Source: Paragordius varius (Eukaryota; Animalia; Nematomorpha). From it: 64,000 nt of DNA. Both the position numbers and the translations under genes were made by a program. Position 1 is the first letter of the stretch. Each line of letters begins with the position of its first letter. The stretch is taken from assembly GCA_964247055.1 (NCBI GenBank), contig OZ176051.1:8680001-8744000 (forward strand), given 5' to 3'. The notes under the pieces were generated by a model, which did no database searches, was not told where the DNA came from, and saw only the letters and a program-made list of their open reading frames with translations. Of the stretch, positions 14,430-25,900 are shown one piece after another.

Positions 14430-15240
14430 TATAAGTAGTGGTTTAAATGTCTCACTAATGCTGGTTATGATTAATAGCGTCACTATTAGAGATACTCTGG
14501 GGTTTTTTTTATTATGTTTGAATTTTCTCTGTTGCCTATCATGATGATAATTTGAGCCTGAGGTTCAGGCTTAATAAAAATAACAGCAGCGGCATTCTTT
14601 ATTAAGCTGCCTATTTATATCTTTCATTCATGGTTACCTAAAGCGCATGTAGAAGCTTCTACATGCGGGTCTATACTGCTAGCAGGTAGACTCATCTCTT
14701 CTTTTATCATAGTCTTACTAAGTGATGGAAAAATAATAATTGCTTTTTCAAGAGTAACACACATGACATTAATAGTATTAGCTTTTTTTGGGATTTCTAC
14801 CTCTGGGTTTTACTCCTTATTGTACGTTAGTTTATCTCACGGATTTACAAGTTCTTGTATATTTTTTTTAATCTACAACAAATTGCTAACGCGTAACCTT
14901 ATATTAGTTAAGTCATCTAATAAGTATGTAACCTCGTTACTGTTTTATTATGTATATTTCATCATTTTAATGTTTAATGCAGGGTGCCCACCTTCTTTAA
15001 ATGTGGCAGGTGAAATTATAACTTTTTGGGCTGTGTTAAATGATTCAAAGTTGTTTTTTAATTGTTGGATCTATATGCTCTTTATTAATAGGCTTACTTT
15101 TATTTATTAACACTATAAATATTACAAATCACTCCTTAGGTTCTCAGTATTTCTCACAATCTTTCATATCAACAAACTTTATTCTATTTGTTTTTCTTAT
15201 AGCTCATTTACTTCCTTGATTATTTCTAAACTGAATTTAA
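14430..15240 (+). pseudogene. nad4: NUMT: mitochondrial nad4 fragment (5' boundary approximate)
   Basis: In the invertebrate mitochondrial code it reads FFIMFEFSLLP..WAWGS, AFFIKLPIYIFHSWLPKAHVEA, DGKMMIAFSSVTHM, SHGFTSS, NAGCPPSLNVAGE, AHLLPWLFLNWI-TAA(15238-40). There are frameshifts in T-runs (~14503-14510, ~15054-15059) and two large in-frame gaps. It is embedded in nuclear DNA with spliceosomal genes and transposons. Confidence 0.93.
14644..14667. repeat. Perfect 24-bp palindrome CGCATGTAGAAGCTTCTACATGCG inside the nad4 PKAHVEA motif
   Basis: The sequence is its own reverse complement, with no loop. It encodes AHVEASTC. Confidence 0.95.
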
Positions 15241-15258
15241 CCCAATTTATCCTCCTAG

Positions 15259-15317
15259 GTGAAGTGAGCGTAAATTGTGATCTTACTAAATCTGATTATT
15301 GTATTCAGAACTTCACA
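15259..15317 (+). tRNA. trnH: Mitochondrial tRNA-His(GTG), D-armless, NUMT copy
   Basis: Acceptor stem GTGAAGT/ACTTCAC (7 bp). A 4-nt linker GAGC replaces the D arm. Anticodon arm GTAAA-TTGTGAT-CTTAC with GTG at 15277-79. T arm TCTGA-TTATTGTAT-TCAGA. It lies between nad4 and nad5, the ancestral position of trnH. Confidence 0.75.
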
Positions 15318-15319
15318 AT

Positions 15320-15451
15320 CCTAATTTGAATAAAGTCGGATAACTGATATATGACGGGTATAAGCATCAAACATATTACTGTGAGCGCACAGTAATATGT
15401 TTGATGCTTATACCCGTCATATATCAGTTATCCGACTTTATTCAAATTAGG
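15320..15451. repeat. Perfect inverted repeat, 64-bp arms, 4-nt loop, over the nad5 5' end
   Basis: 15320-15383 is the exact reverse complement of 15388-15451; the loop is AGCG. Confidence 0.97.
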
Positions 15452-15959
15452 GTTTTCTCCTTTATAATAACTAACTTAAAGTTTGTTGATATGTATATTA
15501 ACTATGACCCTTTAAGATTTTCTTTTATATTAAATTTAATAGTAGTTTTTTTAATAATTATTCTTTACAGATTTTTCTACATAGAAAAATCTGACTTTAA
15601 ACTAGGGTTTATAGGTGTAACTAGTATTTTCTTAATTTCTATAGTACTTATAGTTCTGTCTTCTTCCCTGCCAGTTATTCTACTCGCTTGAGACTCACTG
15701 TTCCTCTTTCTTATTAGTTTTGTTTTACAATAATTACTATAGAGAAAATAAAAGACTGGTCACATTAGCTATAAATCGTTTAGGTGACGCTTGCCTTATC
15801 ATCTCTTTTCCTTTAATTTTTTCAAAATATGACGCTAATATAAATTTAATAAATTCATTAATATCTAATTTTACATCTGTGGACTCCTTAATTCTAATAT
15901 TACTAATCACAGCTTCTTTCATAAAAGCAGCTCAACTACCATGAAGTGCTTGGCTGCTA

Positions 15960-16093
15960 GCAGCCATGGCTGCTCCAACACCTATTTCTTCACTTGTTCA
16001 CTCTAGCACTTTGGTGTGTGCAGGGGTCATTCTTTTCACCAAAGTGCTAGAGTGAACAAGTGAAGAAATAGGTGTTGGAGCAGCCATGGCTGC
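15960..16093. repeat. Perfect coding inverted repeat in nad5, 57-bp arms, 20-nt loop
   Basis: 15960-16016 is the exact reverse complement of 16037-16093. The left arm encodes [19 protein letters not shown]; the right arm encodes [19 protein letters not shown] in the same frame. Confidence 0.97.
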
Positions 16094-16397
16094 CTTAGTT
16101 TACATTAGTTTTATAATATCATCTATCTCGTCTACAAAAAATTTTGATTTTAAAAAAATCATTGCTCTAAGTACTATAAACCAAATATCTTTCTTATTAA
16201 TTATTACAATAAATGTAAACCAATATTTTATAGTGTTTCATATAATTAGTCATGCTGTTTTTAAAAGAAATACTTTTATAATAGCCGGTTGTTTATTTCA
16301 TAACTCAAAAGGATCACAAGAGTACCGTTTTAATTCATCTAATAGAATTAGTAGTTATTCAGTATTCCTACAGAGAGCTTTTATATCTCTATACTCT

Positions 16398-16635
16398 CTA
16401 TCAAGACTGCCGTGATCAATAGGTTTTTACTCAAAGGAGCAAACTTTGTCTTCATCTTTATGAAAGGAGACTGTTCCTTTCATCTCATTGATGCTATTCT
16501 TTTTCATTTTTTACTCTTTTTTCTGTTTATATCTTATTATAGCATCAATGAGATGAAAGGAACAGTCTCCTTTCATAAAGATGAAGACAAAGTTTGCTCC
16601 TTTGAGTAAAAACTTGATCACGGCAGTCTTGATAG
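16398..16635. repeat. Coding inverted repeat in nad5: 75-bp perfect arms plus a 22-bp outer stem after a 3-nt bulge
   Basis: 16423-16497 pairs with 16539-16613 (41-nt loop). 16398-16419 pairs with 16614-16635, with TAG (16420-22) bulged out. Confidence 0.97.
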
Positions 16636-17312
16636 GAGTTTTTAGAATTTCAGGAGCAAACTTTGTCTTCATCTTAATAAGCCCTTCTCTCCCCTCGTCT
16701 TCTCTCTCCTTTCACTGTCTTTAATTTTAAAACCTATTATCACCGGGAAGCATATCTACTTGAGACACTTTAAACCGTTTTCAAGGATAGTAAATTATAA
16801 TAATATAGCCATATAATACAGGGATTAACATATTTTTGGTCTGATGACAGTTCCGATTCCGCATATTTTTACCTCGGGTTTTAAAATTTTTTTGGCTTGA
16901 TTTCGCTCTTTATCTACTGCTTTTGTATAAATGAAGTTAGGATTGTTTTTGACAGATTGCTAATTAGCCGCAAAACATAAAAGGTCACAGAATTTATAAT
17001 ATGCTACTCATTTTGAAACAAAATTATAAATCGTAAACAATATATAAATGGGATTAGATTTTAAAAACTTAATATTAGACCTATTACCGCATTCAAAGAA
17101 GTTATAATTTTTTAAATAGTTAGTAATTTAAAATGATATGATTTGGTTATATAGTGTCAATTTTTTATTTTTATAGAGTCATGGTTTAATGAAGGAATCT
17201 GATTTAAAAATTTAAATAAGTCAAAAATTTACTTCAAAAGCTCGGGTTTGCTTGCGAATTTTATTTATAAAATCAAATGTAAAAAATATGACAAGATGGA
17301 AAACTTAAGCTT

Positions 17313-20300
17313 TTGCACGACGTAATTTATGTGTATAGCCTTCGCTTAGGTTGTTGGAAAAAGGAGTTTGATATAATAATTTGTGTTCACTGCAAAACTC
17401 TATGAGGCGGTCTCCTCTATCGTTTTTGTTTCCCAATCCTTTCCCACCAGTGATTTGATGTGTATTATCGTTACCTACTATCGCGTTAAAGTCGCCCAAA
17501 ACAAATATCATGTCTTTTTTAGGAACTTTCTCAATAGATCCTCGTAAAATTGTTCGGAGTCCTCTTCGTTGTTAGAGTTGGTAGGGGCATAGATTTGGAA
17601 TATCGTTATTGGTTGTGGAGACGAGTTTAGTCGAAGTGATATTATGCGATCGCTGTGTGGGTGGTGAATTTCGGATGCATTGGCGATTGATTTGGTTACT
17701 AATAGGGCCACACCGTTTCGTTTAAGAGTATCATGACCTGAGTATAATAGGATGGGATTTTCATATTCTATGTTGCCGTTTAACGGAATGTGGGATTCTG
17801 CTATTCCTAATATACTTATGTTGAGTTTCACCATTTCTTTTATGATAACTTCGATTTTGTTGGTAATGCCGCGAGAGTTCCACGTGCCAATGCGTATAGG
17901 CACATCACAGGAATTAGTTTTTTTTCGGAACAGTCATTGTCTGAATTTAGTTAATTTAGATGTAGAGAATAGGGAGGATGTGTTAACAATCGATAGGTTT
18001 GTGATGAAGGATATGAGGAAAAAATGAGTTGTATTTTGAATAATAAATGATATTTTGTGGACAATTGAATTTTTAGTTTGTGTTTTCTTGGCTTGCAAGA
18101 AGCATAGAAACCAAATTGACTTTATTCTCGGTATGCAAAAATATAAATCTTTCTTTATGAACGTAAAAACTTACCCTGGTTCTGACTGCTATTCTGATCA
18201 TAATCTCCTTGTAGCTAAACTAAAAATTAAAACAGTTCTCTCACGCAAACCAAAATTTCAGCATAAACCTAAATTAGATTTCTCTGCGATCTCCCCCGAG
18301 TTTCCTTTGTTACTTGAAAACAGATTTAAAACACTCGAAATAGACGATGACGCTGAAAATCTGTGGAATACAATACAAAATATCACTAGCACTACAGCCA
18401 GAGAATGCATCCCTATCCAAAAATCCCATCTTAACAAAATTAAGCTATCACAAAAAAGTTTAGATTTGGCGGACAAACGGCGCCAAGCTAAACGCAATAA
18501 TAATATGGCAGAGTACAAATCACTTAACGCAGAGTTCCAAAAAAACGCTCGGGAAGACAAAAACGATCACTACAACAGCTGTGCTTAAAACTAGAAAATG
18601 CTGCTAAACATAACAACAACTACTTTGCTGAAGTAGATCACATTGCTCCACATAGGTCTAAAATCTAAGGCCCAATGAGAAAGGAAGACGGAGATATCAT
18701 CACAGACAAGAAAACACTGGTGGAACGATGGAAACAATATGTATTAAAACTATACGGCTCCAGTCCATCGAACGCCGATAAAAACAGTAAGATCTATCAA
18801 CATGACCCACCGATCATCAAAGATGAAGTTGAATGGGCGCTTAACCATTCCCCAAACAACAAATCTGAGGGGTACAACGATATTTCAACCGAACTCATTC
18901 GTTTTATCCCAATCCATATCCTAACTGACTTATTCCAAAAGATATTTGCTCACGCCTTATTCCCCCAAGACTGGTGCAAATCAATACTCATCCCCATCTT
19001 GAAAAAAGGCGATCCTAAATCATTTAACAACTATAGAACTATAGCGCTAATCAATCAAGCATCAAAAGTTTTCCTCAAAATAATTCACAGGCGTATCCAA
19101 GGCATAATTGAAGCCGAACATTTTAATACTCAAGCGGGATTCAGATCCAATCGCGGATGCAGGGACATGATCAGCAATATACGTTGGATATTCGAAAAAC
19201 AAATTGAATTTCAGAAAGAAACCCACATCTGCTTCATTGATTTTACAAAAGCCTTCGACAGCGTGAAACACGACACGCTGTGGAAGGCACTATCTCAGAT
19301 GGGTGTTTCAGATCACATTTTGAACATCATAAAATCCCTTTATTCCAATTCTTCACTAAACATAAAAACCTCACATGGCATAAGTAATTGGGTACAAATG
19401 AACAACGGTCTAAGACAAGGTTGTGTCCTCTCACCCACTCTCTTTAACGTCTGCATAGAAAGTGTATTACGGAACATAGATAAAACTAATGGTATAAGCA
19501 TTACCGGCAATATTATATCATCACTCCATTATGCTGATGACACCATATTGCTGTCAAACTCAGTGGACAACCTGAAAAAACTCCTAACAGAATTCTCAAA
19601 CGAATGCCAAAAATTTGGACTGACGATCAATTTCAAAAAAACTAAAATCGTGACTATAAACGCTCATAACCATTATAACAACTTATCTTTTCACAACCAA
19701 CAATAGAAGTAGTGTCCCAATACACTTACCTAGGCAGTCTTATAAATACAACAAACAACAGCACCCCAGATATTAAAAGAAGAATAGAAATTGCAAAGAC
19801 AAAAATGATAAAATATAATAAACTATGGTCATCACACGACATCAAACTTAAAACAAAAATCCGTTTAGTTAAAGCCCTAATATTTACTAGCATGCTATAT
19901 GCATCAGAAAGCTGGACAATAAAAAAGTCAGAAGAAAAATACATTAACGCCTTCGAAATCGGGTGCTGGCGGAAGGCACTTCAAATTACTTGGAAAGATA
20001 AAGTAAAAAACACTGTAATCCTTGAAAAAATAAAACCCGAGATACACTTGATTGGCATGTGCCTCAAAATGAAATTATCATACTTTGGTCACATTACCAG
20101 AGCTAATGACTTGGAATTCCAACTAATGACAGGCAAGGTCGAAGGATCCAGGAAACGTGGACGCTGCAAGATGCGCTGGATTAAAAACCTAACCAAAGAA
20201 ACCAATCTCTCTCTACAACAGTTAACATCACTCACTCACAATCGAATAAACTGGAGAAAATACACCTTCGAAAAAGCAATAAATCGACAACGATCTTTGC

Positions 20301-20315
20301 TACAATAATAATAAT
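17313..20315 (+). mobile_element. RTE-clade non-LTR retrotransposon (APE endonuclease + reverse transcriptase), disabled, with inverted 5' segment
   Basis: Minus segment 17313-~18093 holds the 5'UTR and endonuclease N-half (IGTWNSRG, LGIAESH, NGVALL, QIYAPT, LGDFNA, SNSFFQQPKRRLYT). Plus segment from 18094: KHRNQIDFI, SDHNLLV, YRTIAL, QAGFR, FIDFTKAFDSV, GLRQGCVLSPTLFN, YADD, YTYLGS, LYASESW, YFGHITR, GKVEGSRKRGR, then a (TAA)3 tail. Several frameshifts and stops. Confidence 0.95.
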
Positions 20316-20608
20316 TTATGTAAACCACCATTAACTTCTATGGGGTCTATACACAACTTGAGAAAATAGATTATTTTTCCGTTATAAAAAAATTATTAAT
20401 ATTATCTATTTACCACCTTTTTACGATAATTCGATAAAAAATTGGTATGACTCAACCATGATTATTAATATTTCAAATCTATATCGAATTTTTGCTTATA
20501 TTTTACGTCAAATGAGAATCACATAAATTCAACACATTTTGAAAATTATTTTACAATCTTAATTTATTTTTAGGTTAATAAATTTAGCTTATATACCAAG
20601 TTTTCATT

Positions 20609-21689
20609 TACTTGGTGCAGTCATAAGTTATTATGGTTAATTAAGATAATCCGTCAGTGAAAATTAGGTAGACGATTAAATGGAAACAGACCTCATTTTG
20701 CTCATCTGACAATAACAACAAACATACCAGGTTAAGTTCGCCAAAAAAGTCTTATTTTTATCATTTAGTAATCATGCCTTATGTGCCTGAAGAACATTTA
20801 CGGCACGCATTGCCATCAGAAGAAATGTTAGAAGTTGTAGTCTGGCAAAAACATTTGGTGACCATGCTCTATCGATTAACGAATTATACATATAAAGTCT
20901 TGCTTTTATGTGAAAGAGTTTGGACGCTCTGTAATACACAACTTCAAAAACGCTTAAGTCCAAGAGTCATTGGATGATGATGACTCAATTCATACTAACA
21001 ACAATTACATCACATTCATTACAAAAAACAATCATATCTACAAGCACTAGACCAATAAACTCGGTAAATGAGTAAAATTGGAATAAACCTTAAATTAAGA
21101 ATCGCAAAGTGATTTGTCAAGTCGTGCTTTATCGTAACTAAAAATCATTTTTGACATTTGCCTGGCCAGTCCATTACTTCGGCAGGACGACCGTGCTCTG
21201 TGTCTGGTAGGACGACGATATTGTGTATTATGAATTTTTGAAACCCGGTGAAACCGTTATACAACGCTATGAGCAACAAATGAATAAAACCATCCATTTA
21301 AAAACCACCGGTATTACCAGAAGACATGGAAAAGTGATATTGCCATGACAATGTTCCATCTCACACAGCAATACCAGTGAAAGACACCTTGAAATGGCTT
21401 TGATGGGAAATTCTTAAGCAATCATTGAACTTGACGTGGTACCATCGGAATAATACAACTTCACATCAATGTGGCAAACTCTCGCAGAGCAGACCTCAAT
21501 TATCACGCATGGAGAATGGCGTGATGAATGATTTTCCGCAAACAATCATTTTTTCTTCACGGTATTATGACATGAGAGATGGGCGAAATGTGTAGAAGGC
21601 GATGTACATTTTAAATAACATAAATAATGTTCCTTTCCAAATTACGTGTTTTACCCAAAAATAGTAGAAATTTATGACTAATTTCAATA
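20609..21689 (+). mobile_element. Decayed mariner (Tc1/mariner) transposon
   Basis: Fragments in mixed frames: MPYVPEEHLRHAL, TFGDHALS, LGKWV, PGQSITS, LCVW, VYYEFLKPGETV, RYEQQM, HDNVPSHTA, WEIL, ERWAKCVEGD, following Mos1-type order. Degenerate TIR cores AGTCATAAG (~20619) and TTTATGACT (~21671). Confidence 0.88.
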
Positions 21690-22993
21690 GTCAATGTATT
21701 AAAATATTTTACCCATGCCTGTATGTTGAATTTCAAAGGAAGTGACATGATATGATCAATTTCGGTTTCCGAATACAAAAATAACTCCAAACGATCTTGA
21801 TTTCTTATAACAGTATAAAATTTTGCCGCATACATAATACATATACTATGTGGCAATTTAACTTTGATAGGCATAGATCTACGTTAGAAATTAGATAATA
21901 TTTTGGTAAAAAATATATATCATGAGCCCAATAGGGTATAATATTCCCTTGCAAATTATTTCATTTTATTATGTTTCTTTTTAAAAGTATATGTAAATAT
22001 TATGTATGCATCCTTAATTATATGTATTTCATTAAATTGTTAGTTAGGTGGAACGGTCAAATTCAGGTCTAAACTTTATAGCCTTGCACCATAAATATTT
22101 TGGTAGTCGACAGCTGGCTTATTTCTTAAATCTAATATACATTAGAATTGTTACCTCGTCAAAATTTTGTATTCTAAACTATTAGGGTAATTTTATAAAA
22201 TTAGATTTTTAAACTAAATATAGTGGTTTTTGAATGTGGAATAAATATAATAAGCTTTTCCAAAATTGGGGGCAAAGGCCATATAAGAAAATAACTACAA
22301 ATTAAAATTTCAAAGTTGGTTCTCGGTATTTAAGATCATGCATAAAATGTTTATGTATTTGTAAAATATCAGTATACAAATCGTAAAAATTAAAAGACAA
22401 AACATACAAAACGTAAAAATCAAAACACAATATTTTTCCAAAAGACAACCATATTCTTAAACTCTACATATTTTATAAATAACCTATCTTTTTGGGCGCT
22501 ATATAAAAAAAATAGAGGCGTAAACTGGTAACACTATCAATCATATTTAATTCTAACTCTAATTGTAAAATATTAAGTGCTAAAATAGAATAGTGTTTTT
22601 TGAAAATATATGCTTTTGTCTGTATATTTTAAATTTTTACTGTGAAGTACGCCATAAAAGTCAAATGATTTTAGATATTTACAAAAAGCTAGGCTTTGAA
22701 ATTTGGAATGATAAATATATAACTTCTTAAATATTCTAAAACTAAATTCATCAATTTACAATTCGGTTTAAAAATGAATTTTAATACCCTATATTGACAA
22801 AATGAATAAGCTTTTATAATTTGTTATTAAGGCGTGGCTGATCTTAAAGAGATATTTGAAATTAACTACATTTAAGCAAACTAAGTCATATGCATATCAT
22901 AAATTAACTTATTAATTATCAAATTTACGATAATTATAGACATAAAGTTTAAACCAAAACGCATTTTTAGTATTTAAAATTATTGGAGATTCA

Positions 22994-25900
22994 TTAGATT
23001 AAATAATAATAAATTAAATTTAAAATAAATAACTTTAATAGTATTTGAGTGTTCCTTGCATTGACTACGATGTTATAGAGTCCCTGTCTTACCCAGGTAT
23101 GGTCCTGGTTAGTAAATGCATAATATGTATCTGTAAAATAAGGGTTTTTTAATAAACATAAAATTTTAAAATCTTGGAAGGATAATAAAAAAATATTTTA
23201 ATAATATTTATTTTAACCTTCATGTTAATTTATATAAAAATATTTTGATTGCTAATTTTGATACGCTAATCTCTATTGATAACCATAATTTGCAAACTTA
23301 CCGTAATCGAAGTATTCGTTGCGGTCGGGTAGATTTGAATCTTCTGAGTTGTTTACATCTAAACGTTAACAGATATAGAGGCATATATGTTGAAAAATTC
23401 TAATATATAAAAGGACGCCCAACATTTTATAAATTTTAAAAATTTCAACTGGAGCCCTATTTCCCCAATCGTAATTATAACCTTTCCATACAGTTAATAT
23501 AGGAATCTTAGTAGCAGTTAGCATATATTTGAAATAAATGTATACCAGAAATTTTATATTTGAAAACAGGGGTGTACAACACAAATGGCTTCGAGAGCGC
23601 ATTATTCAAAATAAGGCCGGATGCATGTGAAATATTTATAGACATTCATAAATAATTGGTAAAAATTTAAACATAAAACTGCTCAAAACTCAATATAACA
23701 ATTATTTTTTAGGTTTTGCCATTTGGATATCTATTTAGTAAAAATCTTTAAGCGAATGTGCGAAGTTCTGAGCATAATTTACAAATTACGGATAATTAAA
23801 TTTTTCGCACCTGCTTTAAAAGTAATTATTTAATATAAGTAACTAATACAGTTGCATTTGGCCAAAACCACGTGATAATTATTATCCATTCTTTCGGTTG
23901 TATTTAAGAAACTGCTGATATTTTTGTATAAAATAGTATGAATCGTTGCATTGGATGGCAAATCGGTATGTTTTATCTTTATGTAATGACATGTATCATT
24001 CTGACCAGGAAATGATAAGCAATACAGATGTAGAAAATATAAATGACCCATTTGCCATTGTATTCTGATCTAAATATTTGGATAGAATACTTCAAAAAAC
24101 TTATTATATATATTACCCATAAAATTTTTAATTTTGTAATGCGTTTTCGTATTTATTAAGGTACATGTTGGCTGCTTTCCTCAAAATAACCGTTGGGCCA
24201 ACATAAACAATATTTTTTGGATGCTCCAAAAAAGGATATGGCGTTTCCATTTGGGACAAAATTAATTATTCTTTTAGGCGATATTATGGTTAAAAATATT
24301 TATGAATTGGTCTTTTATTTTTTAACAAAAAGCGTATAATATATTTTAGATAAACTTGATTATTAATATTTCTTAGATATTTTCTTTTGCTTTCAAGCTA
24401 ATCTTTATTATAAAGTCTGAATGATATTATTCTCAAAGCGGCGATAGATACCAAAACCTATGTAAAACTAAACTATATAACGAGCTTATACCTTGAGGAA
24501 ATGCACATTAAATTTGAACTGTATATCAATATTTATATATGGTAATCGCTAATATAATTTTTATAGTTTAATTTAAAACTTACGGTCAAAAATTTGGCAA
24601 GACGCATCACAGCCATGTAAGCGACAAAGTTAAAGCAATTCTCAAAAGTAGATGAATTCACATCCCTTTCAGAACATATGTATTGGGGCCATGTTTCGGG
24701 CATTCCAGTTTTTACATCTATATAGGCCTGTTAAAATACTTGTTTTGAAAATTTTACAGTATAAATTGAAATTATACGGACGAAAAGTAATATAATCAAA
24801 GACAAATGTTACCTTTTAAATTAAAAACCAACATGGTTTACCAAATACGGAATAGAGATTTGTAACACACACAATTATATAATTTAAAATTAAATAGTTT
24901 ATGTAGGAAAAAATCTATAGCCGGGGTGTCCAAAACAAATGGCTTCACAGGTCGCATTAGAAATATTTATGGGAATAATACTGAGTAATTTATGAATCTC
25001 AAACAAAAGCCTGAGAATCGCAAACACCATATAACATTTTTTTCTATTCGTTAATTAATTAAGTTGGCTAAAAAAATTGTTCAATAAGTATTAATTTTAC
25101 AAAGATTTTGTAACCATATATGAAAATCATAGCTTTTAAAATTTTTCGCGGGTCGCACAAACAGTCTCTAGAAGGGTCTTTGGTAAAAAGTATGGTTGGC
25201 ATTTTCAGATATTTGCGTTAAAAAATCATTTTGTCTTTTATAATCTCATTTTTAAAATTTTCTATTAAAATAAAATTATGCAAAGATTAACCTCATCATT
25301 AAATTGGGAGACATAATTTAACGCTTGTTTTCGATGCTCCGGTAGTGAAAATTTATATAATGTTGATGAAACATTTATTTTAACAGGTTTAAACAGCCAT
25401 TCAATGTAGATTCCATTTTTTCGAACGTATTCATATTCCAAAAATATCCTTCTTCCTCTGTAATTATAATAAGAATTTTAATTATAGTCATTACGTTTAA
25501 TGTATAATCGGCAAATACAGATAATTTATAAAAGATTTGGATAGCTTATTCTTATTTATATGCAATCTAAATTTCAAGTACACTAAAAAAATAAGGTAGA
25601 CATTCATCTTAAATATTTTGCCGCCAGATTGTAATTTTATTCAAACTTGAAAATAGCAGTTCATAATGTTTAATATATTATTATTTAAATTTTTGATTTT
25701 TGAATGAAATGCAAGTAAAAATTTACTCAATTAACTGTTTTAACCATATTTTAGTTTATCTCCATATCTTATAGTTTTTAAAAATATGGAGAACACATCT
25801 CGCATAAACCGGTACACTTTAAGTTTATGAAGTACCTTTTAACAAAATTTGGTTAAGAATTTAATTTACCAGAAATGCCAGATATTTAAGTTGTTAATAA

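Larger units (their letters stand above)
15318..16723 (+). pseudogene. nad5: NUMT: mitochondrial nad5 (3'-truncated or frameshifted; start codon uncertain)
   Basis: In the mitochondrial code it reads [69 protein letters not shown]. There is a frameshift near 15700 and a stop at ~16721-23. Confidence 0.93.

Noticed and set aside
14430-16723. Functional mitochondrial genome segment or nuclear-expressed nad genes
   Set aside because: There are frameshifts and large deletions, TGA and AGA need the mitochondrial code, and the flanks are nuclear-type. The ORF-track peptides here, including antisense 15737..15922 and 16412..16609, are by-products.
17290-20330. Target-site duplication or programmed frameshifts in the RTE element
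   Set aside because: No matching flanking duplication is visible. The frameshifts and stops are scattered and look like decay.
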